Shown here piece after piece: positions 25,101 through 36,897 of a stretch of DNA of 64,000 nucleotides. The stretch covers positions 17,856,001 to 17,920,000 of the forward strand of contig CM120641.1 of assembly GCA_051362555.1 (NCBI GenBank), read 5' to 3'. The DNA is from Lingula anatina. Its lineage: Eukaryota; Animalia; Brachiopoda. Positions within the stretch are counted from its first letter, which is position 1. Each line of letters opens with the position of its first letter. Both the position numbers and the translations under genes were made by a program. The notes under the pieces are model-generated. The model ran no database searches, was not told the origin of the DNA, and saw only the letters and a list, made by a program, of their open reading frames with translations.

Positions 25101-26110
25101 CATTTGCTGCTGGATCGAATTAAGACAAGTGCTCCAAGTCGTATTGTAAATGTTTCATCTGTTGCCCATTCATTTGGGAAGATGAATTTTGAAGACCTGA
25201 TGTCAGAGAAAAAGTACAATTCAATTACAGCCTATGGCCAAAGCAAGCTTGCCAATATTTTATTTACACGTGAATTGGCCAGAAAATTAGAAGGTAATTC
25301 GAATGGTTTTTTTCGTAAAATTCTGTTATGACTGCTTGTTAGTAAGACATGTAAGAAGTAATATTATTCTACTTTCACACAAAAAATGATAAATTTTCCT
25401 TATTTTTGCACAATTTTGTTATTTCCCCCCATTTGAATCTCTTTTGGTGACTATTGAATAATATATTCTGGTTAAATAAAAAACTGATTGACGATGTGTT
25501 TAGTTAAAAAAAAGTTTCCTTTTTATTTTTGAAGGTACGGGGGTAACGGTTTATGCACTACATCCAGGTGCAGTGAAAACGGAGCTTGCCAGACACACAG
25601 TTTTTGACAGTCAAATATTCAAGTTTCTTTTCTTTCCTCTGATTTGGTTGCTTTGGAAAAACTCTTGGCAAGGAGCCCAAACTTCAATTTACTGTGCAGT
25701 GGCTGAAGAGTTGGAGGGCATTAGCGGAAAATATTATTCGTAAGTGTGACGTTACATGTTCATTTTTTACAATTTATTATAGTATTTTCAGACATTTTAT
25801 TGCTGGGATGTTAAATATGGTCATGCATGTTGAGGAAGGATTTTTAATTTTTCAAGTTACTTTATTTTTTACTTTAGCTCAATGGGCATTGACAACATCA
25901 TTTATGGTTGGACCCACATTTGCATGTTCCTTTGTATTGTTTAATTTGGAGATAACGTGGAGTGGTCAAAGAATATAAAGATGACACTTAAATTTACTTC
26001 ATCATTTCAGGGATTGTGCTGAGAAAAAAACATCACGCCTTGCACAGAATGATGACGATGCCAGAAAGCTGTGGGAAATCAGTGAAAAGTTGGTCGGCAT
26101 GAAGTCATAG
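22101..26110 (+). CDS. Retinol dehydrogenase 11/12/13-like short-chain dehydrogenase/reductase, copy 2 (335 aa, 7 exons)
   Basis: join(22101..22210,22509..22627,23185..23343,24666..24770,25084..25293,25535..25739,26011..26110). Internal exon lengths equal those of copy 1 (119/159/105/210/205) and the same SDR motifs are present. Confidence 0.93.
23444..24124. mobile_element. MULE-like non-autonomous element with about 100-bp TIRs and 9-bp TSD, in RDH copy 2 intron 3
   Basis: TIR TACCCTCTACCAGGGCGAGTGATAGATTTTTTACAG...; TSD CCACATCTA at 23435-23443 and 24125-24133. Superfamily inferred from the long TIR plus 9-bp TSD. Confidence 0.8.
23655..23869 (+). mobile_element. 215-bp PIF/Harbinger (Tourist-like) MITE nested in the MULE-like element
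   Basis: TAA TSD; subterminal inverted CCATAGAT..AGATCGA. Absent from the sister MULE-like copy at 26624. Further copies at 31218 and 49759. Confidence 0.8.
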
Positions 26111-26175
26111 ATTTTAGTACAAACACTTTAAAGGGTTGTAAGAATGGTAGTCAAGCATCTTTCACTGAAATGATG

Positions 26176-26311
26176 CATCATTGTGTTTGAAGCATTCTTC
26201 CTTGTAAGTAAGAACCTATCATATTATTATTTACAAGCACAATAAGCATCGTGTTTGAAGCATTCTTCCCTGTAAATAAGAACGTATCATATTACTATTT
26301 ACAAACACAAA
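26176..26311. repeat. Tandem duplication (2 x about 63 bp) in the 3' UTR region of RDH copy 2
   Basis: GTGTTTGAAGCATTCTTCC..GTAA.TAAGAAC.TATCATATTA.TATTTACAA occurs twice. Confidence 0.8.
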
Positions 26312-26623
26312 TTCAAGACAACTTTATTACAATGATTTCATTTGCACTAATAACATTATGGTCAAGTATTCAGATTATGCACATAGACTTAAAATTAAGT
26401 TGATCAAAATTTATCATCATATGATTTTACACGGTAGGGTTTTTTAGTGATATCAGTTTCAAACTTTTTGATGTTTTTTTGACAGTTTTGTCATTCTTTT
26501 GCATTTGACCTACAATCTCAAGTTTAACATGGTATCATTTTATGCACTGTACGTATTCTTTTGATTTATTTATTCTTATACTTAAGTTTTTAGCAAAAAT
26601 ACAGATGTTTATCTCTAAAACAC

Positions 26624-27021
26624 TACCCTCTACCAGGGTGACAGATTGATTTTTCACAGATATTCACAGAAATGTCTCTAGATAAATAGACAGTCATTTT
26701 GGTCTGATGTCACCCTGTAATGGAATCTCAAGGCTGATTACATAGCTGGTAATTGTTTGCATAACTGCTCAGGCACTGCCAATTGGCAGGTCCAGTCTAA
26801 GTCCGCTTGACAGCATTCAAGACAGTTAATTGCTCTGACTTTAATCATGTGGCTAGTTTCAGCAGACAGCAGAGCCTTACATATCTACGCGAAGTGAAGC
26901 TCTTGCAGAGCGAGTACAAAGCCTTCTGCGCGTGGGCAGAGTTAATTGTTTCCTCATGGTCAAACGTAACAGGGTCGCCTCAGCAAAAAATGTCGACAAT
27001 AATAGCTGCGGCCCTGGTAGA
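26624..27021. mobile_element. Second, diverged copy of the MULE-like element (opposite orientation, right end mostly lost)
   Basis: Starts TACCCTCTACCAGGG. The interior is the reverse complement of about 23550-23600 and 23900-24020, without the 215-bp insert. Confidence 0.7.
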
Positions 27022-27781
27022 TTACCATTGTATCCAGTTTACACTATATGATGTATTAAGTATTGGCTGAAATTGATTAGGATGGAACCAGAGAGGTACC
27101 CCAGAGCTTGCTATAATATGTTGTGTACACTAGATGAACATGGAAGGACTAACTGGGTGACTAAAGTGAAACAAATAATTTATATGTATGGTTTTGGTTA
27201 TGCATGGATAGCACAAGATGTGGGTGAAATAAATACCTTTGTAAGCCAGTTTTTACTAAGGCTGAAGGACTGTGCCAGACAAAATTGGGTTGAAAGCATA
27301 CAAAATAATCCAAAACTTTGTGAAAACTATGCATTGTTGAAGAGTTTGTTAGAACCTGAAAAATATTTATTTGATGTAAATATTAAGAAATAAAGAGAAG
27401 CATTTTCAAGATTCAGGGCTTCAAATCATAGACTTGCAATAGAAACTGGTAGACATGAAAATTTACAAAAAATAGATAGGTTGTGTAAATATTGCTTAGA
27501 CAAAAATATTTATGAAATTGAAGATGAGAAGCATTTTTTACTAGTTTGTCCACGTTATGAGGAATTGAGAGCTCGGTACATTCCTAATTTGAATACTAAC
27601 AATACATCTTCAAATTGTTATATTGCTACGATGAAAACAAGAAATCCTGATGCTCTGAACAACCTTGCTAGATTTATTTACCATGGTTTGATTGCTAGAG
27701 AAAACTGATGTGAAATGTCGAATTGTAATGTTGTGATGTATTTGCTATGGGCTGGTGGCCTATATCAATTGAATAAAGTTG
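27016..27781 (+). mobile_element. 5'-truncated non-LTR retrotransposon (LINE, probably CR1/L2-group) ORF2 C-terminal remnant
   Basis: One frame with two internal stops (27049, 27391): GRLPLY..*CIKYWLKL...KYL..*REAFSRFRASNHRLAIETGR...RLCKYC...EDEKHFLLVCP (CCHC knuckle typical of LINE ORF2 C-termini), then a short 3' UTR ending near AATAAAG. Confidence 0.85.
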
Positions 27782-28974
27782 ATGTCTTTTTTAGTTTTTA
27801 TACTCATTTCTTTTACTTAATTTATCAAGTATCTCTGTGCATTACAACTTCAGTCATATTTAATTACCTTGAATACAGACTAGGCAGAACTTGATCAACA
27901 TACTAATATTAGTAAGCCTTGGCAAGGCACAGGTTTTGTCTACTATGTGAGGGAGTGTAGCAGAAAATCCCCAAAATGCTTATTTTTGCCATCCACAGCT
28001 TCTCATAAAACCTTACATACAGCTTAAAAATGATTGGGGCATACCTGATGTTGACATTTCCATTTGAAATAATAAGAAAATGGGCACTCTTATGATGACC
28101 AATCATTTGGAGCCAAAATCAACTTTATATATTTTATCAAAGGTTAAATCCAATTGCAGACAGGGGTAAATAATTAATTCATGAGTGCAAGAAAATTGGT
28201 ACTATCCCGAGAAAATCCATTTTGGCAGGTTAAATCTCATAGTGTGTACCTTTAACTTGTATTCTCTTTAATTCATACCCCATGATGCATTTTGTTTTTG
28301 CAAATTAATACAATTTTGATTTTTTCATTAAGAGAAATTAGCATTTAGTTTTTATTATTAAACTTATTTTTGATTTCTCGTCATCATATAGTGTAACAAT
28401 GAGCATGGCTTTGTGTTTTTTTCTTTTTTTTATTTTTTGTACTGCCCCAATGTTGTTAACCAGTATTGTGGATGTGCAGTTATATCTAATTACCTTTAGA
28501 TTACATAATGAATAACATGCATACTGTTGGAGCCCAAAATTCACATTAAAAAAGCAGGACTGGAAAAAGGATGAAGCCTTTTTTTTTTTTTTTTTTTTTT
28601 TTTTGTAAATTCTCTAAAAAAACTAGTTTTTGGTCATTATTTTCCCAAAGAATACATGTCAGATAGGCAATGCTCTTAGTCTTAGAGCCTTTTAAAGATG
28701 CATATGAAGCCAGCAATGATTCCTTGTAATGCATATAAATCACTTCTAGCAGTTTCTTACACAACTCAAAGAAAGCCTACACTTCAAAGGGTCAATCAAA
28801 CTAGAGGGTCAGAGGGGCAATACCGCCTCCGGATATTATACCACCAGCTGGAGTCAGCGCATTCATATGGAAAACAAAAAAATAGGACAGCACCTACATT
28901 ATTGTGCTCGACAAGCTCTACAAAATACAATAAACAAGAACTCAATTTTTCTTTTACAGAAAATTACAATTTAC

Positions 28975-30748
28975 AACAAGGCAGCAAAGCTGTCAAATGT
29001 TCAGACAAAAAGCAGGAAATAACTATGCACAAAATGGGCTACTGTCAATTCTGATGCAAAAGTACATTATGTTAAACTGCCAATTCAACATCAAATTTTA
29101 ATTATGCTCAACAGGTAATACCAATGTAAGTAAAATGTGTAACAAGCATAAGGCTTCAGGCCCATGGCAGTTCAAGTTCACACTTTGAAAATGTATAACT
29201 TCCAGAAAAAGAAGCCAATTAGACTGCTTTTCCAACTCGGGCTGCATTTTAGTCCTGTATTTCTTTTTTAAACATTTGGCAATAATCAGTAACATGGTTT
29301 TCCCATAATGTTCATCATGGCAGCAGCACCCAAAATTGTGTTTTCTTCTATTCTGATGCAATATTACATAATGGTTAACAGCATAATGACCGTCAATTTT
29401 TAATAATAAAATATACGTATCATGGATTTTCAGAAAATGTGACTAGCATGGGTCTTCAAGCCAATGGAACTTCAAAGTCACATCTTGAAAATGCCAATAT
29501 GTGAAAAATTAAATTTTCACACAAAAAAAAAAAAAACTGTTTAACTAGCAGAAAGAATTACCAAACAGACTGCATTGCCTACTGAAGCTGTATTTTAGTC
29601 CCATGTTTCTTTCCTGTAAGTTTGAGAACAGTAAGTGACATGATTTTTCTTAAATGGTCATCATGGGAGCAGTGCCCAAAATATTTTTTTCCAAATTTCG
29701 ATGCAATATTACATAACGTTTAACAGCATAATGACCATCAATTTTAATAATAAAATATTAGTATTATGGATATTCAGAAAATGTGACTAGCAAAGGTCTT
29801 CAGGCCCATGGAACTTCAAATTCACAACTTGAAAATGCCAAAATGTAAACAAGACAGCACTGTTCTGAAATGTTTTTTTTCCATTTTTAACACTTTTTTA
29901 ACATAAAACAAAATTAACAGTTTACTGCCGATGAGATGTGAAAAATATCAATAGAACAGTGTCAAATGTCCAATTACCTCCATTCGGAGTTTCTGAACAT
30001 AGTGAATGATTGAATCTTACAAACTGCAATGATATGAGTTTATTTCCATTTTTGAAACTTTATTACACAATACACGATAACAAGTTTACCATCATTTTTA
30101 CAAAATCAACTAACAATGTTGTAAAGATGCAGGAAATGTCAAACAAACACTTTTACTTATCTTATTAATTAAATAATGAGACTGTTAACATGCCTAAGAA
30201 TTGAATCTGAGGAAATGTGAAAAAACAGCATAACTTATAAAATAATGGTCCGATTATGCTGATTTTCGAACTTGACCTGTGTTTTAGTAAGATTGATTAC
30301 TCCTGTGAGTTTCATGACAACAGGCCTATGGGTTTTCCTTGAAATGTGTTGACAGTGTTGCATATATGCTGAAAAGTGAAAAAACAGCATAACCACTAAA
30401 ATAGTGGCCCGATCATGCAGATTTTCGAACTTGATCTGCGTTTTAGTAAGATTGATTACTCCTGTGAGTTTCATGACAACAGGCCTATCAGTTTTCCTTA
30501 AAATGTGTTAACAGTGTTGCATATATGCTGAAAAGTGAAAAAACAGCATAAATTCTACAATAATGGCCCGATCATGCTGATTTTCGAACTTGACCTGCGT
30601 TTTATGAATATTCATCAGCTCTGTAAATATAAAGCCAAAAAGTAAAACTGTCTTCCACTTATGGTGTTAACGCTGAAAGTGCACGGCGACGGCGACGACA
30701 GACGCAGGTGATGGCAATATGTACAGACACATCTGTGTCTGTACATAA
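28975..30748 (-). mobile_element. Helentron-associated non-autonomous element (HINE/DINE-1-like), family A
   Basis: One end AACAAGGCAGCAAAGCTGTCAAATGT.CAGACA (stem-loop plus subTIR). Other end GACGGC microsatellite then hairpin ATGTACAGACACATCTGTGTCTGTACAT-AA. Internal tandem units of about 340 and 160 bp. Nearly identical to 39283-41080. Strand follows the DINE-1 convention. Confidence 0.8.
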
Positions 30749-30750
30749 CA

Positions 30751-32417
30751 AAATCGTGGGGAAAAGTAAAAGGTCAAATCCAAGGTTGCAGTGTGAATGG
30801 GAATAAAGGACTTCCCATCTAAATTTAGTAGTAAATATAAGAGCCTGGAAATTTGCCAGTTGAGGTTCATGGTGAAACGCAGGTCAAAGATAAATTTCAA
30901 GGTCACAGGAAGACTGCCAGTATATGACCTCCTAGTCATGTTCAATAGTAACTAAGGGTATATCTCTGCCAGTTTTGAAGATGTAAAGGACGGAATATTT
31001 GCAAAGTTCAGTTCATCAGAAATAGTAGGTCAAATGTCAATTTCAAGGTTACAATTAGACTACCAGTATATGACTTCTTAATCAAGTTCAAAGGTAACTA
31101 TGGGCTTATCTTAGCCAGTTTTGGAGATATAAAGGATGGAAAATTTATAACGTTCAGGTCATGGTGAAAAGTAGGTCAAAGGTCAATTTCAAGGTCACAG
31201 TAAGATTGCCAGTATATGGCTCTATTCCCATAGATTTTAGATCGATCTATCCCCGCGGGGAGTCTCACTAGATTACTTTCAGATAATCCGACTTAAATGT
31301 CCGTCCCGCCTACTACAAGCTGTAAGGGGGTAATTAACTTTCGTGTCCGCCCGGCTGACAGCTATTTAGCGTGAACCCCCAGGGAGTTAGGTCGATCTAA
31401 AGTAGGTCGATCTAATCTATGGAAATGGGGTGTATGACTTCCTATTCAAGTTCAATAGTAACTACGGGCATATCTCTGCCAGTTTTGAAGATATAAGGAG
31501 GGGAAAATTTGCAAAAGCTCATTTTGTGGTGAAAAGTAGGCTAAAGGTCAAATTCAAGGTCACAGTAAGATTGCCAGTATATGACTTTCTATTCATGTTT
31601 AATAGTAACTATGGGCATATCTCTGCCAGTTTTGGAGATATAAGGGTCAGAATATTGGCAATGTTCAGTTTAAGGTGAAAAAAAGGTCACAGGTCAATTT
31701 CAGTGTCACAGATTGCCAGTATATAACTTCCTATTCAAGTTCAATAGTAACTATGGGTGCTAATATTGGAGTATTCCACATTTTATTTTTATCACTGTTA
31801 AGTTGCGATGTTGTACTTTTTGATATAGCGCAACTTGTAAACCATTAGGAAAACAAAAGAACAGATGTCACCCTCAGTGTGGCGCTTGACATGCTCTACA
31901 AAATGCAACAAACTATAATATGAGAGCTTACAGTTGTGTAGTTTCTGAAAATTGACATAAACAACTATTTTTTTTTTTTGCAAAAAATTCCTAATTTTAA
32001 AACATTTTGGCCTGTTTGACCTTGAAATAAAGGTCAAATCCAAGGGCATATTTCGAATCTTCACACATGACTTTTGGTCAAACTTCTGTAGTAATTTTTT
32101 TCCATAATTCCTTTGGTTTGGGAGATATTTAGCATTGAATTTTCAAAAATTTTGACAAGGGTGCATTTCAAAGAGCGTCACACCCAAAAGAATGCACCGA
32201 CTGAGATAAAAAAAAACAGGGGGTTCAAGTTGGGATTATATGTGACCTAAATCCAAGAGATGGGGACATAGGTCCAAGGGGTCTAGGAGGAGAAGCGGTA
32301 ATGATGACTTGTTTCCAGCGCCGGACTGTGGAGCCGCAGTAGCCGGGGGGAGCTGTACGAGACAGGCCGGCGCTAAAACCATGAGCACTGCCAGCGTACA
32401 CGCTGGTGGTACTAATA
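30751..32417 (-). mobile_element. HINE-like element, family B, with a 146-bp tandem array rich in AGGTCA
   Basis: Units recur at about 30881, 31027, 31173, 31538 (offset by the MITE) and 31684. Terminal hairpin CCAGCGT-AC-ACGCTGG at about 32391-32406. Similar end near 36123-36160. Confidence 0.6.
31218..31432 (-). mobile_element. 215-bp Harbinger-like MITE inserted in a 146-bp unit
   Basis: TAT TSD; the empty site CCAGTATATGAC is seen in neighbouring units. Confidence 0.85.
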
Positions 32418-32656
32418 ACTCACCTGGTTAACCAAAAGGCTAAAACTTCAAATGTCTTCAAATTTCTGGTCACAAATTTGACCTATTTCTCCTTCCCTCT
32501 AGTTTTTTTTAAGTCCAAAAAGTAGCAATGTACGACTTATAACTGAAAAATTAATCAAATGATAGTTGGTAAAATCAACCAAGGGTAAAAGCACAGAATA
32601 TGAGTCAATGTCTGTTCAAAAATAAAACGAAACAAAACAAGCAGGTATCTCTTTAA

Positions 32657-32992
32657 AGGGATAATAACTCTTCATTTTGGCCAAAAAATGAATTTTCCTG
32701 GAGTAAACAACAATTTTCCCATACTTACCAATGGTTAATGAATCCATTTTTTACATTCAAAGTTAGTCCGTTTTTTTTCTAAAAAGTTTGGTTTTTTGTT
32801 AAAATCTCTTAAGAGATTTTAACAGAGTATAGCCATCAATGGAGGTCACGTGGTCTAAAGACAAATTCAGATATCAGAATAATAGCTATAACTGGTGTTT
32901 TTGTGGTAAAACATAATATATTATATTTCTATAAGTTATTCACAATGTTTTTATTGTGAAACATAGGTCTCATACGAAGAGTTATTATCCCT
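32657..32992. mobile_element. Kolobok-like MITE with TTAA TSD
   Basis: TTAA|AGGGATAATAACTCTTC ... GAAGAGTTATTATCCCT|TTAA. Confidence 0.75.
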
Positions 32993-33090
32993 TTAAGTTA
33001 TATACTTGAAACTGTTGGAATTTATGGTTTAGTGGTAATAGTTTGATGTATGTGTTAGGTCAGACACTTTTAAAGACTTTTAAAGAAAAC

Positions 33091-33337
33091 CAGACAGCAA
33101 AGCTGACAAATACACAGACACCATACAGGAAACAAAGCTGTAAATCTGACAAATGTTCAGACATTAAGCAGAAGAGTGCAACAAATGATGTTTTGGCCAA
33201 TGATTCAGTTTCATGGGCCAAAGAAGCCACTGAAAATGCTAATGTGTGAAAAATAAAATATTTAAAAAATATGAATAAGTATCATAAGTGTAAACCAATC
33301 ATACCGATTTTCAAAAGCAACCTGCCTCTTTGTCACC

Positions 33338-33368
<31 letters not shown>

Positions 33369-33723
33369 CTCTAATGATTAAATGTAAACTGATCATGCCA
33401 ATTTCTGAAAGCAACCCATTATTTTGCCAAACAAAGCTACACGGTAATTTTATGGTATATAGTTTGGAAGTAATGGGGCGGACGTTACCAAAATTATACA
33501 AAAAAAAAAAAACAATAGTTACTGTAAATGTCAACTGATCATACAGATTTTCGAAAGCAGCCTGCCTCTTTACCAAACAAAGCCACTCAGTAAATAAATG
33601 TAAAACAAAAATACGGTTTGGCAGTTATGGGGCGAACGTCATGTGTCAGACAGCAATGGCGACAACACAGACAGACAGACCAATCAGAATATATACAGAC
33701 ACTTACAGTGTCTGTACATAATA
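33091..33723 (-). mobile_element. Degenerate HINE related to family A, with (GACA)n microsatellite
   Basis: Decayed CAGCAAAGCTG.CAAAT end; terminal TACAGACACTTACAGTGTCTGTACAT hairpin; short internal repeats. Confidence 0.55.
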
Positions 33724-34037
33724 AGACCCAAGAAAAAATATTTTTTGTCTCTATATATTCTATATTCTATCTAATTATATTTATTGCATGTTTACAGATC
33801 TTATGAGAAAAAATTCAAATACATGTAAAGTATGTTCTTTTATTTCAGTTAACAACCATAAGTGATGCTGCAAATGCAAATTTGTAACTGTTGGCAAATG
33901 TCTGAATTTCACACTAGTGCAATTATGTGTTTCACAAAAACTTCATTGGTATCCATTTTGAAAGGCAACATGAGGATATGTTCACTGTAAGATTTAAGTG
34001 ACAGTTCTTGTGCTTTTTTTCCTAGTGACTTCATCTC

Positions 34038-36897
34038 CTATTCGTCAAATTCAAATGGTATGTAATCCCTATGAAGTGATTCTGAAATAAAAAAAAAATT
34101 ATTTTCCAAAAGTAAAAAAGTAAATACATCTAATCATCATTATTACTTTTAAATAGAGAGCAAAGATGGCAAAAACATATTATCAATGCTGTAAGTTTGA
34201 AGACAAAGGGTCAAACGGTTTTCCACTAATCACAGGGTGTTAAGTTAAAATGGACCTTCAGAAAACAGGAAAAAAATTTTTTTCAAACAAGGCAGCAAAA
34301 CTGTCAAATGTACAGACAACACAAAAAGATGAATAATCCAATCAAGCTGGTTTGCAATTTGAGCTGCATGTCAAGTTACAAAATAATTAGTAACACAGTT
34401 TTCCTTTTAGAGCATAAGTAGTGGCAGTACACAATATTTTTTATCGTTTTTTGAGGCAATGTACATAATGCTTTACAGCTCATAGTCAACATCAATTTTA
34501 AATGTGACTAGCAAAGGTCTTCAGACCCTTGGAAATTCAAAGCCACACCTTAAAAATGCCAATATGTACAGAAGTGCTGAATTTTTTTTTTTTTTCATTT
34601 TCAACGCTTACTACATAATACACAATAACAAATTTACTCTAATTTCTAAATGATCAACCTAAAAAAATGTTTAGATGGGGAAAATATCAATAAAACAATT
34701 TTAAGTGTCTAATTTTCTACATTCTGAGATTAGAACATAGTGAGGGATTGAATCTGACAAAATGCACTGATTTTACTTTATTTCCATTTTTGATACTTTA
34801 TTACACAATACAAAAAAACAGGTTTACCAACAATATTGTTACGATGCAGAAAATGTCAAAAGAACACTTTTACATATCTAATTAGTTCAATAGTGACACT
34901 GTTAACATGCCAAAGAATTAAATCTGAGGAAAAACCACTCATGTACAAAAAAGGCTTCACTTCATCAAAACTGAACCAAAAAAGTTTATTTTGGTACTTG
35001 ATCCATATATTAGTCCTATGAATCAGTCCTACAAGTTTTTATGCATAATATTACATGGAATTCATGTTATCTGCATAATGGTGGATAAAATATGCAAAAA
35101 AAATAAATAAAAAAAAAATAAATAAATAAAAACCAGCATAACCTTTGAAAAAAATGGCCTGATCATGCTGATTTTCGACCCCAACCTGCATTTTATGTAT
35201 ATTCAACAGTTCTGTAAGTTTCAAGCCAAAAGGTAAGTTTTTCCACTCATCGTTTCAGTGGTGAAAGTGAATGGCAATGGTGACAGTGACAGCAGCAAAG
35301 ACAGACGCAGGTGACGTCTACACGTACAGACATATCTGTGTCTGTACATAAAAATGACACAGGTCCTTATAGTCTACAAGAAGATGTGGTAATACCCTAG
35401 TTACACTAGAGGCAGAATGTCGTCGGAATGAAAATTCTTTGTATAATCTTGGAAATTTTAAGTGCATTCTAGAAGTTCTAAGTGCATTCCAAATACACAG
35501 GCCCATTCTTATGTCCAGTCCGAATGTTTTGCTCATGCTCAAAACGTTTGAAGTGCATCCCAAGTGGGAAAATATAGAATCATGGCATTCGAAGTGTATT
35601 CTAACTGCACTATGAGTGCATTCTTAATATTCTTACAGCATTCGAAACATTCTGTTCGCATCTGAGGGAGAACCGAAATGGCAAGACACTTCAAATCCTG
35701 CCAGATTATTCCGCATGTGGCTCAAATGAGCCGGAATGCAACTTGAATGCATCTCAAACTCCTATTTGGGCCAGCAATCGAACCACACTTGTATGGCATT
35801 CGAATTGCATTCTAAAAATTCTGATTGCATCCTGAGAGCATTATCGAAATTCCTAATGTGTTCCAACTGCATTTGGGAGGTAATACACTCGGAATGTGCA
35901 TGAATCATTCCAGGCAGGTTGGAAGCGCATTCTGAGTATTCCAACGGTTTTCTTACAGGATTAAGGTCATTTAAAAATTTCCTCCCAAATGTGGCCCGAT
36001 TTTTTAACATTCTTCATTCCAGCTCATTCTGCTTGATTACTGCTGATTCTGAATAAGTGTGACAGGGCCTTATCTGTGAATTTTATCTGCCGTCATTCAG
36101 TGGATGAGACAGGTTAAGGGTAAAACCATGTGTTCCCCCAGCACTCACGCTGGTGGTGCAATTTTAAGTGGAATTCATGTTATAATCATATAAACAATGA
36201 ACTACTTGACTGTATAGATTAATTTCCCATTTCTTTTTATAAAAGAATATACATCTTTGTACTTACGCTTCCATTCAATACCAAGTCTCTTCCACTCCCT
36301 CTTATTTCCTATGCTATTAACTATGAATAAAAAGGAAGGCAAGTTTCATAAATTGAAATTACAATCATAATGATTATATAAATGAAATTCCACTTTGATC
36401 AAATGTTTTCGTAATTATCATATTATTATAATTATTGGCTCATTTTACATAAATCATTTAACCTTCATAATACATGAACATGTGGTTACTACGTATAGAA
36501 TTAATAAATAAATAAGCAAGTTCAAGTTGAATCACTTTTGTACGAGGGAAGAATATGGAATGTTTCCAGAGATTACTGCAACTAAGAATTACACACATAT
36601 TAAATACATCTTAATGTTGATGCCAATTTCTGCCAAACATTTCAAATGTTAAAAAAATACACAACAAAACTTACATCCCCTTGCGATGGGCCAGAACATT
36701 AAAGGCGTTAAGACTGCAATCACAACGGCTGGATACTTTCCAAAGTCCCAAAAAAATTTCTTCCATGGACTGGTTATAATTCTTGCTGGGATACTTTGGG
36801 GAGTATTTAGTGTAGTGGGTGATTTCCAAATCCCAGGCGTTGCTGTGGCAGGTTTGTATTTTCCTACAATGGCTGGCTTCTTTATTTGATCAGCCAT
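34038..36897 (-). CDS. Uncharacterised small protein (106 aa) with one hydrophobic segment, 3 coding exons
   Basis: complement(join(34038..34081,36267..36320,36675..36897)). Both donors are GTAAGT, acceptors are polypyrimidine+AG, phases 1/1 are consistent. AAAAATGG start context, a further acceptor at 36919 for a 5' UTR intron, AATAAA on the minus strand at about 33839. MADQIKKPAIVGKYKP...WKKFFWDFGKYPAVVIAVLTPLMFWPIARG-FNSIGNKREWKRLGIEWK-QSLHRDYIPFEFDE*. Confidence 0.75.
34285..35353 (-). mobile_element. Older family A HINE copy in an intron of the 106-aa gene
   Basis: Both family A termini are recognisable; the interior is diverged. Confidence 0.7.
35395..36069. mobile_element. Degenerate TIR element rich in GCATTC/GAATGC motifs (possibly Harbinger-type)
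   Basis: Imperfect ends CCCTAGTTACACT ... AGTGTGACAGGG with many internal CATTC/GAATG motifs. Confidence 0.45.

Noticed and set aside
27073-27708. Two ORFs considered as host genes
   Set aside because: They share one frame split by a stop codon and together form a LINE ORF2 remnant.
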